Positions 39,601 through 52,158 of a DNA stretch of 64,000 nucleotides are shown here, piece after piece (position 1 is the first letter of the stretch; each line of letters begins with the position of its first letter). Source of the stretch: Amoebidium appalachense (lineage: Eukaryota; Protista; Ichthyosporea); assembly GCA_963693365.1 (NCBI GenBank), contig CAVNZM010000004.1, forward strand, positions 640,448-704,447, given 5' to 3'. Both the position numbers and the translations under genes were made by a program. The notes under the pieces are model-generated. The model worked only from the letters and a program-made list of their open reading frames with translations. It ran no database searches and was not told the DNA's origin.

Positions 39601-39837
39601 TTTGCATGCCCAAACAACACACACACACACCAGTTTAACCGGTCATGTATCGCCAAATGTAGTTTGATAGACCACATAATACCGCAACACACACACGTCA
39701 CATTCACAACAGACACCCAGAAAGATAGCCTACCTGTAAATTACAACATCCTTGATTTTATACTAAACACGCGTAACTACGACCTGTTTATTAGATGTAT
39801 TGATTGGCTTGAGAAACACATCACTACAAAATTATAG
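36643..39837 (+). CDS. LINE ORF2: AP-like endonuclease plus reverse transcriptase, 1064 aa
   Basis: Endonuclease motifs FWNART, CET, VYYPP, ILGDFN and SDH. RT motifs GPDGLP, FRPITL, QSAFR, DWKTAYDSV, GLLQGSLLSPFLFNLFIDDL, YADD and YKYLGV. Cys/His-containing C-terminus. Confidence 0.96.
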   Translation: MPNLSFFFWNARTLGPQKGLPPGTLDDKISYIQQQTNNHTFTVICETQFKNHHKFNSTLVDTSTHPGYAKNRGIIVLAAPHVRVKCKPVAKTEFSVSIEFLSNVFTFVYYPPSMSVVELTHELSQLPMSTVILGDFNTRLHHTDTLQVSVGYPSKPPERAIPLARYVQSHTLRFPQISHAHNTDWGVAFWPSTMSKLSLPPNLSRSSDHSPILFLPKISLDLLPPPPPTFRLRLSQLKSQWGRVDVCVCYATKHPIYMRLLESAQARPDSHLVLDTCTNFIVDDLIDLGDYAGGGRKEYPDALLLPNTTPARLGEPLSQKESLRRLASMNRFGPPARIIGDTTGDPLIDSDKYFSELFKDRTPAQKPIVWPVDPSIPIESILPFFSPDAIWSVISSYSSSKSCGPDGLPAGFLKILVPSYPQKESDRAIKPDLTIMLSSLFSWCVKCGHVPSSWLDTLVIPIVKKDSEGPISSFRPITLTQVVRRFFEACLLRLFAHHPRFQSILHIHPCQSAFRKNNSCYVQIMALHDSMQVGAQYVGFIDWKTAYDSVSPGLLWEKLAARGVPHCIGVLLEALLSQTYGRAVVNGHLSYGFARTRGLLQGSLLSPFLFNLFIDDLAVKIYAENDDPINNFPPALLYADDLSLLARTPRRLQRLFDVVSEWCKANLMILNIDKCGVLVPDIANNLHTFTLSSKPVPIVPEYKYLGVPVDSVGVMFPHMVEKRVELARKRLAFFSANIFKDTPLHPSIRLTFIRTFVFPACEYGLPLLAAWIKKERTRALKPLANFLEAEVASFLSNNCCKPGPVTLSIYGLVPIAARVSYLALKFNKHISRLKKYLPSHPLFSIRPVPSSPLPSFLPSLSPSPLGTNTNKPRNSVCVTLDCHLLIKHVHNHKIITQYNKWKKIPHDTRPDESIHLEKLSLMSRFIYTDRLNHIAKYGTRKCITPKYILPSCRTGLSLADGIIDQLPRFYCTRAIQWRSNKYKVASFACPNNTHTHQFNRSCIAKCSLIDHIIPQHTHVTFTTDTQKDSLPVNYNILDFILNTRNYDLFIRCIDWLEKHITTKL

Positions 39838-39841
39838 CGCA

Positions 39842-39908
<67 letters not shown>

Positions 39909-39940
39909 CCAGCTGATACCGAGTGTCCCGAGGGGAGCCC

Positions 39941-39978
<38 letters not shown>

Positions 39979-40875
39979 GGGGAACCCCAACTAATTGATT
40001 TCTCCTTGTAGTCTTTATGGTGTCTCGTAGAGAAAGTAAACCCTGATATATAGTCACCACCCGACATCTATGTACGTGATCATGATATACCGCTGAGGGG
40101 ATATTCCGAGCAAACCCCCCCCCCCCATACCTGAGACTGGTTCTCTTTGCCTCGAGTAAACAGCGTAAACCCCTTTCGACACCCAAGATAAAATGAGTCA
40201 TCAGTTGTTTTGGGGAATGCGCTGTGTCACAGCCTGTACATGTACATGTGTGGTACGGACCATTTGGCAGAATTTGTGCTGAGTTGCTCGTAGAAAAGAG
40301 TCATGCATGTTGCTAAAATAACGACAGGAAAAAACTCTCACAGGCAGACTTTCACAGACACTGCATGTCCCAACCTCAACAGCATGATACATCACTCTCT
40401 AATGTGCAACTATGAGATTTCGCTTTTGGGACTCATTGCTACTATCTTTTGAGGCAAAGCTTTCTTCTTTCTTTCCTTTCCTTTTTTTTTTATCCGTCTC
40501 CTGCTTCACCTCACCGAGGCTTACCGTCTTTCACTTCGCGCTGCCTGTCCATGGCTCTGTAAAGGTGGTCTGTAAGGGTGGCATAACGCATTAGAATACT
40601 CCTGCAAATATTACTTCCCTAGCCAATAAGCCAGTCGACTGAGGCCAACCAAGGGAAAATACTATGTACACCAGCCTATAGCCATCACCATTTCATGTAT
40701 TGGTGAGACAGCTGTGAGATCGCACAAAACAGCAATAGGATGCCTGGTATCTTTGTGTACCTCAAGAGATGTAGTGTCACGATGACAGAGCACGGGGTAA
40801 TGTGGAAACCAATCATAGGTGTGCAGCTTCGTGAACTCTTCTTATTCGAAAGCTACATCTTCAACAAACACCAAC

Positions 40876-42837
40876 ATGAAGTGGTTGGTCTGCGTGCTGG
40901 CAGCCACCCTGTGGCCTGCTTTGGCCTCAGCGGCAGCTCTTAGTCTGGCCACCAACAACCAGCCATTTGACATGTTCGTAAGGGATGTAACTGTGGTAAG
41001 TGCAGATGTGAGTGGAATGTGATGCTAGGTGATGGTTTTTCCCTCGGCTTCGAGTGTGGCTTCAAAGGAACAACTGGTTCTTTCTTGTAGGGGTATTGTG
41101 CAGTCAATGGTAGTGGGATGGGTTTTTTTATCGCCCATGAGAATGGCATGCTCTGCGTGCCGGATAAGCCAGTGTGCACACTTTTTTCCCTCGCGCGGAG
41201 ACACTGCATATGGCCAGTCACAAACCAATTTTTTCCCAATTACCCCATGCTAAACCTGGTCCGTGTTGTCTGGAACCTCCCGGACGTTGTTGTGAAGAGA
41301 CTCGCTAGGTTGTTATTAACCTCTTCGGGCCCGCACTAATTGAATTGGCCGGCAGCCGGCCAGCACTAAGCAGCTCCAAACAACTCTATTGCTTCTCAAA
41401 ATCGATAGAAAAAGCTCAAATAAATGGTAATTATCGACACGATTGCTTTACCTACATACGTTTCTAAGTTGGTTTGGGGGGAAATATCATCCTTTCGTAT
41501 ACTTTTGTGTCTGTTTCTGTGTTTCTGAAGTGACTATGTAGGGAAATTTGCCGGTATGATTAATGTTCAAGAAAACACCCACTTCCATTCTTCCTATTCA
41601 GCAGCTAAAAAAAACCCCCATCACTTCTTTACAACCCCAACTAACACACACACACAGCAATGTGCACAAAACTGGGGGACTTGCCTCCTGTTTGACTCCT
41701 ATGAGCAAAAAAAAACACAGTTGTGCTCTCGAGTAACACAACACGTTTCCCTTCCAGGGCTTCACAACAAGGGATCAAGACCCACGCAGTCGCACCTCAT
41801 ACGGTGACCCCAAAGGAATAGCAGGGGGGCTGCCCCTTATCCGACTCCATCTATTGGCCAACGTGTCGGTGGTGATAACCCGCACACTTATGCAAAATGT
41901 AGCCGGGTATGCGGTGTGGGGTGGCATGGTGGAGGGTGGGGCACCACAGGAGATAGCAACACTGGTGGTCGGGCCAAACATGTTGGTTTATGGCAGCGTG
42001 GTGGTGGCCCGACCCGCAGGAGGATACCGCATGTTTGAGATGCTGCCTTCTACTACTAAGCCTGGGTATACGACCACAGTCGAAACAACAATGGGTGACC
42101 AGAAATATTTACAGCCCTTACTTCCTGATCAGGACCAAAAAACACAACCGAAAAAATGCGCAAACAAGTGGGGGTCTGCCTAGTGTGGGTGGAAGGGCAG
42201 CGGTTGCACCTTCAGCTCAGAAACCGACACCAAAAGGGACGGGGAGGGACGGTGGGGGTGTGGTGGATGTGATGGTTGTGTATACAGACAGGGTGAAGAA
42301 TAAGTTGGGAGAGGTGGCACTGAGGTCCAAGATAGCGGCGGCTGTGGGCATGGCAAACAGGGCACTGGCAAACAGCATGGTGGGTGTACACACATACACA
42401 CGTGCAAGTACATGCGCATGTGCATGCACATACAAAAACACGTACATATGCACGCACATACTCCGTGACATGCGCGCACACACACACATGCACACAAACA
42501 CATAAACACATATGCGCGCACACATACACACATGGTCACATGTTCACACACACTCATACACACACACACACACACAAAAAGCACATGACTATAACGGACA
42601 AACACACACGCAGGCACGAACGCACACTGTTACATGCCTACACTACACACTTGTGTGACCACATGTCTTCACAGCAGCAGATTTGAAACGGCCAACTCCA
42701 GACACACCTACGCACACTTCCGTGCATGCACAAGAGCAAACTCTGCATACCACACGTAAAATCACTGTTTTTGTTTTATTTCACACTCAGACTCTCACAC
42801 ACAAAGGCGCGCGCGCGCGCACACACACACACACACA

Positions 42838-42908
<71 letters not shown>

Positions 42909-42947
42909 CCCCCCCCCCCCTCCCCCCCCCCCCCCCCCCCCCCCTCT

Positions 42948-43000
<53 letters not shown>

Positions 43001-43159
43001 TCGCTATCTCCCAGAAGGACACCAAGGTCCATACACCTGCGCTCGCAACCGCACATGCCTAAACACACACAATTACATCAAACGAGACGATACCTCTCTC
43101 ATATCCCTCCTCCCATCCCTATTTCCTTAATCTGCTAATTTTCCCTATCCCCCGTGCAC

Positions 43160-43194
<35 letters not shown>

Positions 43195-44071
43195 CCCCCC
43201 CCCCCCCTCTTTCTTCGCACACGCGCGCTTACACACACACGCACACTCATTTCCACTTTTTCTCTTGACTCCCTCCCTACCCCCGCCTCCGCGCCTTCCC
43301 CCCCCCCTCCCCACCCCCCCCCCCCCCCCCCCAGACACACACACACTCTCTCTCTCTCACTAACACTCACACCCACAGGTCCCGCTCCTGTTCAACCTTG
43401 AGAACATGGGTGCCACTGACTACATCGAAAAACCCAACCGTACCATCCACACCGCCTTAAAGTACCTCAAAACAAGGGGGATGGTGTGATGGATCAAGTG
43501 CACACAGTGAGAGACAAGGTTAAGGCCGACCTAGTGCAACTGGTGATAGATGATGAGAGTGTGTGTGGTGTGGGCCTGCTGCTGACGGGTGACTTTGTGG
43601 GGATACCAGCCTTAACGAGCACAGGGGGTTCAGTGTGGTGTCGGCACAATGCCTGGGCACCATGGCACCGGCACATGAGCTGGGGCATAATCTGGTGGGT
43701 ATCTAGTTTGCTGGGCGTGGGCTGTTGCGTGATGTAATAGTGTTTTTGTGTGCACGCATCTTGGGTCGCAATCCGATGGTGATTCGGTGAAGTGGGGTTA
43801 AGAGGCAAGTTTCCAAGTAGTATTTAAGGGTAGGTGTGTGTGTGTGTGGTGGTGGTGGGGGAGGGGGCGGGGAGGGAGGGCTTGGAAGGGGGGGGGGGGG
43901 GGAAGGGGCAGAAGATGACATTGAGCATTTGAGCATTGGGGAAAGGGAGAGAGTGGACCGGGTAAGGAAATGCTTTGCATGTGGATGTGAGGTGGGTGGT
44001 GGTGGTGGTGGTGGTGGTGTGTATGTGTGTGTGTGTTGTGTGTGTGTGTATGTCTGTGTGTGTGCGCGCGC

Positions 44072-44109
<38 letters not shown>

Positions 44110-44175
44110 AAGGCAGGAGCAGGGGCGGGGGCAGGGGCGGGGCAGGGAAGGGAAAAGGGGCAGATGTGGCCGGGG

Positions 44176-44206
<31 letters not shown>

Positions 44207-44397
44207 ATTTGTCAATATCGATATCTCTTTCAAAACAGGTGATTTAGATGTGCAGTCGCGCACACGCCAAAACCCAATGCAAATTTCTTGCCCATCACGC
44301 CCTCCCCACTACACCACCACCGGCCCAGGGCCCTTGCGTACTTTGTGCATGCGCTCTCTATCCCTCCCCACCCCTCCCCCCTCCCCCCTCCCCTTCC

Positions 44398-44428
<31 letters not shown>

Positions 44429-45495
44429 GGCCACATCCCCTACTCTCCCACCCCACCCACACAACTTCATTCACTCACCCACCATCTCGCCCCTTTCATT
44501 AGGCAATAAACCCCTCCACTCTATTCTCAAATAAAATATCCCCCTTTCCTACATGCCACCAACCATTCTTTCCCCCCCCCCAGGGCCTCCAACATGACCG
44601 TAGCAACAACCCCACCAACGACCCCCCTGCCTTCCCCTTTGGCTACGGCTATCGCCTGTGCGGAGGCAAAGGCCCAGTGCACACAGTGATGGCCTATTCG
44701 TGCGGTGAAAGCATGCCCGTGCCATATTTCTCCTCCCCTGCCCTCAACCTCAACGGCCGGCCAATACGAATCAAGCATGCTAAGGGCTCTAAGGTGTCGG
44801 CTGATAGTGCCCAAGCTCTGACCCTTGCGGCGTGGACGGTGGCAAATTATCGAGTCTCGGGGGATTTGCAAGGGTCCCCCTGCCCTGCGGGGGTCAAGGC
44901 ATCGACGCAGGGCCCACGAGCGATAGATTTGCATTGGGCTGATGTGTCTAGGGAGACCGGGTACAAGATTTATCGCATGACTGAGGGCCACTCAAATTGG
45001 ATACTGGTAGCAACTCTGGCTTCCGGGTCGACCCGGTATACCGATTCGGGTCTGACCTCGTCCACCAAATACATTTATCGGGTCACGGCATACAACAGTG
45101 GGGGTGAGTCTCCACCCGGGCAGGTTGCATCAGCAACCACCCTCTCTGCGCAGGGGGATAGGTCAATGGCTCCCCCAGTCCCTTTGTTGAAGCCTGGTGA
45201 AATACGCGCGGGTGGGGTGGTACTTATACTTAGCGTCAACCCGGGAGCAGCTGGGCAGACTTATACCATCTACCAGTCAATGGCTGGAGGTGCATATATG
45301 CGCATGGGCACGGTGGTCAGTGGGCCTATGGGGTCTGCCCAGTATCGTGACACTACCGCCCCATCCAGGGGTGTCCTTATCTATCGGGCCACATTATCCA
45401 CCCCGTCAGGCACATCGGATATGTCCACCCCTGTCACTATCCAAGTGCCCTGCATACAGGCCAACATCCCTCAAAGACCCCCTACCAAATCTTGA
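40876..45495 (+). pseudogene. Tandem paralog of the M12-FN3 metalloprotease (2 FN3 domains) carrying three frameshifts
   Basis: Exons 40876-40995, 41758-42379, 43379-43694 and 44584-45495. Introns 2 and 3 sit at the same positions as in the first copy. It has a signal peptide (MKWLVCVLAATLWPALASA), HELGHNL|GLQHD and TVMAY. The frame changes near 42150, 43470 and 43600. Confidence 0.75.
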
Positions 45496-46140
45496 GTGTA
45501 CTTTGGATGTGCGAATTTCGATTGTGCGATTTACATTGTGACGCGAGGATATCGTTAGGCTGCTCTTGTGCGGTGAGTGCTACCTGAATAAAACTAACTG
45601 GACTCGCAGATATTTGAAAGTTGCAGGCACTCAGGTGCGGCAGTATGTACGCGGGCGGATAAATTAGACCGCACCACGTGTCAGTTTGTGATAGAACACG
45701 TGTCTTTGAGTGGCAATGTGATGTGAATGAATGGGTAGCTAATATGAATCAGCAGGCTGATGTGGCCAGTTTGCTAACCGAATATGATCGAGTAATGTGT
45801 GTGATACGTGATAGATGCTGTGAACGGTGGTGATTGGATAGTTATCGTGCGTGATGAATCACTTGTTGTGCGGTATCTAGTATAATTGATGAAAACGCTG
45901 ATTCGAGATTTTTGAATAACTGATGAAAAATATAAGGGACCTGTATCGATGCACTAACATATTAGACTCGTAAACTTTCTCTGGATAGAGAAAGAGTATC
46001 TCTCAAGTAAATTTGAATATTGTGCCCTTGAAGTATGTTAGAAACCGTGTGAATGGCCGCAATGGGGAATAAATAAGTGCTTGTGAATGGATGTATCCAC
46101 AAGCTCTGTCGTAACCTCATATACCTCGGACTTGCCAGCC

Positions 46141-46182
<42 letters not shown>

Positions 46183-46341
46183 TCCCCCCACACACCCACC
46201 ACCACCACCACCACCACCACCACTACACACACACATGCACACAAACACACGTACAAGCAAACGCACAAACACACAAACAAATCAAACACAAACACACACA
46301 CAAAAACCACCGCCACCACACACACGTACACACATACACGT

Positions 46342-46387
<46 letters not shown>

Positions 46388-46924
46388 GCCCACCACCACC
46401 ACCACCAACAGAGAACAGCATCACAGTGTAACGCACAAAAAAAAAAGGAGGAAAAAGAAAAACGGACAGGTGAACTTTATCATGGCTAACAAGAAGAAAT
46501 AACCTGACTATATTTAACGTGCATTCACGTCTGTCCATGCATGAGAAGGGGGGAGGGGGGGGGGGGGGGGGGGGGGAGGGAGGAGAGGGGAGGTGGGGGA
46601 AGGGGGGGGGGAGGGGGGGGGGGGGGGGGGCATAGTCTATTATGCACTAGCTTCAGAATACACGATGGGAAACATGGGTGCGCAGGCTGCACCAATGAAT
46701 TAATGGCATATAACTGGATACTAATCTTTGCTAACTTGTGTGTGTGTGTGTGTATGGAAAGGGAGGGGGAGGGGGGGGGGGGGGGGGGGGGGAGTGGCTG
46801 TTGCTACGGTCCTGATAAAAATGACACAGAGAAATGCTTTGTTTCTCAGCCAAGATTTACATTTCATTGGGCGATCATAGGCCGGAACATTTTATGATTA
46901 GTAAATTTCGGAGCTCTAGCTAGT

Positions 46925-47065
46925 ATAAAATACATCGAATACAATGAGTACAATGAATACAATGAATACATCGAATACAATGAGTACAACGAATACAATG
47001 AATACATTAAATACATCGAACACAATGAATACAATGAACACAATGAATACAATGACTTGAATACA
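46925..47065. repeat. Degenerate 9-bp tandem repeat (AATACAATG)n
   Basis: Directly visible downstream of the ArcE-like gene. Confidence 0.85.
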
Positions 47066-47576
47066 CGGTCATGCCAGGCCAAACAGTTATGCCAGCATAA
47101 TTGCACACCGCTTCAACCTTCCGTTTTCCATGGTTCCAATCTAAAGCACTCAGATTCAAGCAACAACCTGCAGCTGAGGCTGTGACCGCCGGGGATGCTG
47201 GACCAGCTGATGGTGCAGACATCCTATGCAATAAGCAAAAAACACTGCAGCAACCTGGAAACCAGGCACAAACCAACAATATGAAATATTGCTATAACAA
47301 TACACAGACTTTTATGATAGCAACATACAAAGTATCAACTTACAAAAACACATGCCCCACTTGCACACAATGAACAGTCACTTATTGCATCTACCGTATT
47401 CACCTCCCCCTCTCCCCTCCCGCCCCCCCCCCCCCCTTTTCCCTTGCTGGGTGCCCCAGGCATCACATTTAGCCAAAACCACTCGAGTACAGTAGCATTC
47501 TGTTTTTTAATGCGTGCCTACATTTGGAATCTATTTGTTACCCCGTTGCAATATGTCACATCACGGATCCAATCAT

Positions 47577-47763
47577 CTACTGGCCCCTGACCACATGTGC
47601 CGCCAGACCCGTTTTCTCTTTAAGGTCTGCAAGCACCTCCTTTAAGGTGATGGGCCCAAACTCCTCCAGCTCGTAGCTGACACGAACCACTGGCTTGTTG
47701 ACCTTTATCACCTGAAAAGGGGGGGGGGAGGGGGAGGGGGGGTTATTCGGGGGCGGCGGGGGC

Positions 47764-47794
<31 letters not shown>

Positions 47795-50700
47795 CTAATG
47801 CGATTTACAGTACTAATGGCGATTTCACAATGGATAACGGTAATACTTGCACGGACGGAAGTATTGCACGAAGTTGCACAGGGCCCACGCTCTAACGACG
47901 AGGGGGGGAGTTGAGAGGGGGGAAAGGGGAGGAGGGGCGAGGGGAGAGGGGTGGGGATGGGGGGGGGGAGGGGGGGGGGGGGGGGGGTGGCAAGTCATCC
48001 ACAGTATCAGTGTTTGTGACCAGCTTACCAACAGCCACCGGGAAGGGGAAGCCGGGGGAGGGGGGGGGGGGGGGAGAGAGAGGGGGGGGGGGAGGGGGGT
48101 AAGAGAATAACGGATATGGGAGGGGGGGTAAGAGAATAACGGATATGGGAGGGGGGGTAAGAGAATAACGGATATGGGAGGGGGGGGAAGAGAATAACGG
48201 ATATGGGAGGGGGGGTAAGAGAATAACGGATATGGGAGGGGGGGTAAGAGAATAACGGATATGGGAGGGGGGGAAGAGAATAACGGATATGGGAGGGGGG
48301 GTAAGAGAATAACGGATATGGGAGGGGGGGGGAAGAGAATAACGGATATGGGAGGGGGGTAAGAGAATAACGGATATGGGAGGGGGGGGGAAGAGAATAA
48401 CGGATATGGGAGGGGGGAGGAGGGGAGTTTGGAGGCCGAGGAACGGAGGAAGGACAAGAGGGAGAGAGGGAGCGACAGCAAAAGGGAGGGAGAGAGGGAG
48501 GGAGGCTTTAATAAGACCGGGAGGGACTGCTCGGAGATGATGGGAGGGAGAGAGTTATATGAGAGTGAGAGAAACTTTGATGCCGAGAAAGGGGAGAGAA
48601 CGGCATTTGGGAGGGGTAGAGAGGGAAGAACAGACAGATCTTAATTTGAGGAGTTGTGGGGCCAAACACAGGGATCAAGGCCAGCGCAAGTGGCTGCAAA
48701 GTATAATAGAAACAGCAACTCATGGTCTGATGGAAACAAGAGACAGCTGGCTAGAAACGTGTGGTGGTGGTGGGTGATCATGTTTCCGGTATTGGTGGTG
48801 TGGAGTGCATACGTGTGTATCGAGAGGGGGGGGGGGGGGGGGAGGGGGAGAGAGAGAGGGAGGAGAAGAGAGACAGGGGGGTAGAGGGGAGGGGAAAAGC
48901 GGGGGAGGGGAGGGGGGGGGGGGGGGGGGAGGGTTGCGCTTGGTACCTTTGTAAGGTCGATGGGAGTGCCGGCCAGGACCACGTCACAGTCAACCTTGTT
49001 GATCACATCCTCCATCTCTGTGTGGGCACACAGTACCATCAGTACATGACACACACCCATCAAACCAATCCATCCACATCCCAAACCAATGCGGCTCCCC
49101 CCAAGCCCTCCATTTAGACACACTCAGCTTTCAGTCTCTCTCCCATTCATTCCCAACTCCGATCACAGCAACCCCTTCAACCCATAAGGAAGCCAAGCAC
49201 AAAGGTGCATTCCCCACAACCACCTCCTACCCCTCCCCTCTCCCCCCCCCCCCCCCTCTCCCACCATCCCCCCTCTCACTTCCCTCCCCTCCTCCCCCTC
49301 CCCTCGCGCCCCATCCTTCCTGCCCCCCGCCAACCGGAATCCACAAATAAACCAACACACTGCCCCCCTCCCCTCCCCCCCTCCCCCCCTTCCCCCCACC
49401 AAATGCGTGCGCGTGCGCACACACACACCTCTCCCCCCCCCCCCCGCACACACACACACATACAGGTACACACACACATACACACACCCTTCAACTGGTC
49501 CTTGCTGTAGCCCATTGCTGGCAGCACGTCCTGCAGCTGATCGAACTCCTTAAAGACCTTGGCCAGGTTGGGCGCACCTTCCAAATATGGCTGTGGCCGC
49601 ACCATCTGATTGGCTCCGTAGCGCTGCGCCGCCACATAGCCCGCACCAATGGCCATGTTGCCGTGGGTTAAAGTCGGCCCATCCTCCACCACAAGCACAC
49701 GCTTGCCTGTGTGTGTGTGTGTTTTGGGGTGTGTGTGTGTTTGGGGGGGGGGGGGGGGGGGGAGGGGGGGAGGGGGGGGAGGGGGGAGGGGGGACGGGGG
49801 GAGAGGAGGGATGGAGGAAAAGGGGAGGGGGGTGTTTGTGTTAAGAGGCTGGAAAGTGAATGGATGGGTGTGTGGGGTGAAGTATAAGCGAGAGGCGTGC
49901 ACAGAAACATTGGAGGCGGTTCGTGTAAACGGAGGTGAGGGAGAGGTTAGGGGGGAGGAGGGGGGAGGGAATGGGATCGTGAGATTAGGGGTGGGGTGAT
50001 ACAGGGGGATGGTTGCTGTAGTGGTGGGGGTGATGTGTTTGTTTGTGCATGTGTGTGTGTGTGTGAGGCGGAGGGGGAAGGGAGGGGAAAAGGAGAGGGT
50101 ATCATCGTAACAAAGGTAGAATGACAGAAGCAGGGGGGTATACCTTTAATAAGATCCACGGCCTCTGGGGCCACAGTGGGAGGGGAGTTAGCGTGGATGA
50201 TCTTAGCATTGGGATTGAGGGCAGTCAGGCTGGTCGTGAGGGTCTGGATGGCTTCTGGTGTGGCCGTGTCCTCCTTGTTGATGATGAGGTAGTCGGCTGG
50301 GGGGGGGGAGGGAGGGAGGGAGGGGGGGGGGGGGGAGGGAGGGAGGGAGGGGGGGGGGGGGGGAGGCCGTGGGGAGGGGGGAGGTGGGGAGGGAAGGGGG
50401 GAGGGCGGGGCGGGAGGGAGGGGGGTGGGGGGGTGGGAGGGGGAAATATGTTAAAATGTGGGGTTGATCATGACGTGGTGGGCGTTGGTGATGGTGATGG
50501 TGGTGGGTGGGGTTGGGGGGGAAGGGGGGAGGGGGGGGGGAAGAATGGGGAGAAGGGATGTACTGCGTAGTGCAGAGTACAGTTTGGTGGGGGATTTGTC
50601 AAATATTGGATGCTCAACTTGATCACTTTGTGTTGCTGAGGCTGCTGTTACCTTCCCCCCCCCCCCCCCCCCCCCCCCCCACCACCACCACCACCAACAC

Positions 50701-51118
50701 ACACACACACACAGACACACACCGGTCCACCCGATCATCCAACAAATGTCAAACAATCTTTACTATTTTTTCCATCCATCCATCCCCCCTCCCTCCCCTC
50801 CCCCTCCCCCCAGCTGTAAAACCAATACATACTTTTAGTAATATTGGTACCTACCCAGCCTGACATTGACCTCCCCCGGGTAGCTGCCGGCCTCATGGCC
50901 CACCCTCAGTGGGTCCGCAACCACCAAGAGCACATCGGGCACGTAGAAGGACACCTCGTTGTTGCCTCCGTCCCACACGATCACATCTGCCTCCCTCTCT
51001 GCCTGCCTGATGATGGTCTCATAGTCCACCCCGCTGTAGATCACCAGCCCACGGTCCACGTAGCCCTCGTATTCTTCAAGTTCCTCGATAGTGCATTCGT
51101 TACTATAGAGGGGGTGGT

Positions 51119-51149
<31 letters not shown>

Positions 51150-52127
51150 GGGGGGGGGGAAGGGAAGAGAGAGAAAATGAAAGAGAGGAATGGATGTGGG
51201 CGTATTTTTGGAAGAATCGCTGGGGGAGGGGGGGGGGGGGGGGGGGGGATTCCGGTTAGTTGGGATGGCAGGAACTTAGGAAACTGATGTCCTTATGTGC
51301 ACACGCGATAATTCCAAAGGAAAAAATGTGTGTATGCGGGGAGGGGGGGGGGGGGGGGGGGGGGTCGTGTCTGTTTATGCACATGTGCCCTGAGAGGGGG
51401 GAGGGGGGAGTGTACATCAGTGGGGCCACGACTTAGAGTCGGGTGGTAAGGGTTGCTACGGGGGGAGCATGGGGAGGGGGGAGGGGGAGGGGGAGGGGGG
51501 AGGGGAGGGGGAGGAGGAGTGGGGGGGGGGGGGGGGGGGGAGGGGGAGGGGGTGGGGGAAGGGGATGGGATGGGGTTGGGGGGGGGGGGGAGGGGGGTTT
51601 TTCATACGTGACGAGGTCTTGGTGTGTTGCAAAGCGCATGCACTCCTGCTTGACCAGGTCACCGTAGGGCATGGGCTCACGGATGGCCACCACACGTAGG
51701 CCCTCATTCTTGAGCATTTGCACCAACTGTTGAATCCCCCAAACAGGCCTTCAGTGAAATTTCATATCCTTGTGTACTGAAATTTCAGAATTGTATGAAG
51801 GAAAGCAACCTCGTGTAATGTTTTCCTGCCCGTAGAACGTTTCTTTTTCCCTCAAGTCTCCACAGCATCAACATCAACCACCCACGCTCCGTGCCCTCTG
51901 GAGCCAACCCTCCTCTCCCAGACACTTCGTCTATCAGCCTCTGTTTCCTGCTTTGAATCAGCTCCCTTCAGGCTCTACCCCCCCCCCCCCCCCCCCCCCA
52001 CACCCCCCCCCCCCCCCCCCCCCCCCCCCCAAGAAACGTCCCCTTCTGCAACAGCATTACCATCCCCCTTCCCCACTCCTTGCCCTTCCCTTTCAACCCC
52101 TTCTCTTCCCCCCTCAACCCTCTGCTC

Positions 52128-52158
<31 letters not shown>

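Noticed and set aside
36643-39837. Retron, group II intron or DGR reverse transcriptase
   Set aside because: An N-terminal AP endonuclease, an upstream ORF1 and a poly(A) tail identify a non-LTR retrotransposon.
48100-48416. Possible CRISPR array or coding repeat (ORF 47825-48481)
   Set aside because: The only variable part is G-run length, and it lies within an intron of the ArcE-like gene.
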